The notes under the pieces: generated by a model
The model's database searches: none
Told to the model about the DNA's origin: nothing
What the model saw: the letters and a program-made list of their open reading frames with translations, nothing else
In this document: in pieces, positions 63,303-64,000 of the stretch
How positions within the stretch are numbered: position 1 is the stretch's first letter
Layout: the number at the start of each line of letters is the position of its first letter
Program-made: the position numbers and the translations under genes
Source: Bispira polyomma
Lineage: Eukaryota
Reading direction: 5' to 3'
Assembly: GCA_965649765.1 (NCBI GenBank)
Contig: OZ287757.1
Span: 31,682,001-31,746,000 of the forward strand
DNA length: 64,000 nucleotides

Positions 63303-64000
63303 ACTGTCAATGACATTACTCGAAATGTAGCAAAAGTAGGCAAGGGTGCGCTATTGTATAAACTAGATATTAGCTGTGTATTTAAGCATGTCAAAATTGA
63401 TCCAGCTGATTACCATTTACTAGGTTTACGACTCAATGACTATTACATTGACACGTGCCTGCCATTTGGCTATCGCCACAGCAGCGCCATCTTTCAAAGA
63501 CTTAGTGACGCGATTCTGTTCATCATGATGTCACAGGGTCATGATGTCATAAATTATATCCAGACGTAATTGGATACAGTCTTCCTTCAAAAATCTTTGA
63601 CTTATTTGAAAAATTGAAAGATGTATTTGCTAAATTAAGCTTTGCAATCAGCAAGAAAAAAGTTGTCGCCCCTAGTACCAAAGTAGTGTACCTAGGTGTT
63701 TTAGTCAATACTGAAGACTTCACTGTCTCCATTCCCAATAAAAAATAAAACAGATATGTCAGACATTGGTGAGCAAGACATGCTGTACTAAAAGACAGCT
63801 TTAATCATTACTTGGGTTGTTGTTATACATGTCTCAATGTGTAAAAACCTCACAAGCTTACTTAAACAGAATGCTGGGTACTCTGAGAGGTTCTCAAAAT
63901 GCTCAAGAAATTAAACTAGACATCACCTTTCACCTTTTTCTTTGCAACTTCTAGGTGCTTGTTGTAACAATCAAATTTTACTACAGAAATTCCTTTCGGT

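Larger units (their letters stand above)
53700..63935 (+). mobile_element. YR-G: decayed YR retrotransposon split by nested YR-H (own segments ~53700-56470 and 63303-~63935)
   Basis: gag ATG 54285. pol breaks at LTLPTV (56470) and resumes at TVNDITRNV..LYKLD..PFG (63303). Outer ends uncertain. Confidence 0.8.

Overview
AT-rich invertebrate animal genomic DNA with spliceosomal introns (a mollusc or similar lineage is plausible but not provable). The window is dominated by at least 8 tyrosine-recombinase (YR) retrotransposons of the Ngaro/DIRS type (gag, RT/RNase H, YR; no methyltransferase seen). They are labelled YR-A to YR-H; 7 of 8 are on the + strand, and two sit inside the pol gene of another. 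Other content: an L1/Tx1-like LINE whose ORF1 ends in an IMPACT/YigZ-like domain, split by a TG...CA solo-LTR-like insertion (4-bp TSD) that itself hosts near-intact YR-E; a TTAA-flanked Kolobok-like MITE; a Harbinger transposase relic; an L2/CR1 tail; and one intact 14-exon SLC5 (SMCT/NIS-like) transporter gene. Main observation, from comparing the diverged YR copies: they appear to use a retrovirus-like expression scheme. (1) A phase-1 splice donor (AG|GTAA) sits at the same gag position in all 7 gag copies, and an acceptor precedes the YR N-terminal homology in all 6 inspectable copies (phase-matched in 5), predicting a spliced Gag(N)-recombinase fusion. (2) Pol is joined to Gag by a -1 frameshift signal (A AAA AAC plus GNRA hairpin) in one lineage and by an in-frame UAG in another. 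(3) Elements with both ends defined mostly lack terminal repeats and have only 3-5 nt junction microhomology, while one copy keeps the A1...B1-A2-spacer-B2 split repeats. All of this comes from manual reading; novelty relative to the literature could not be checked.
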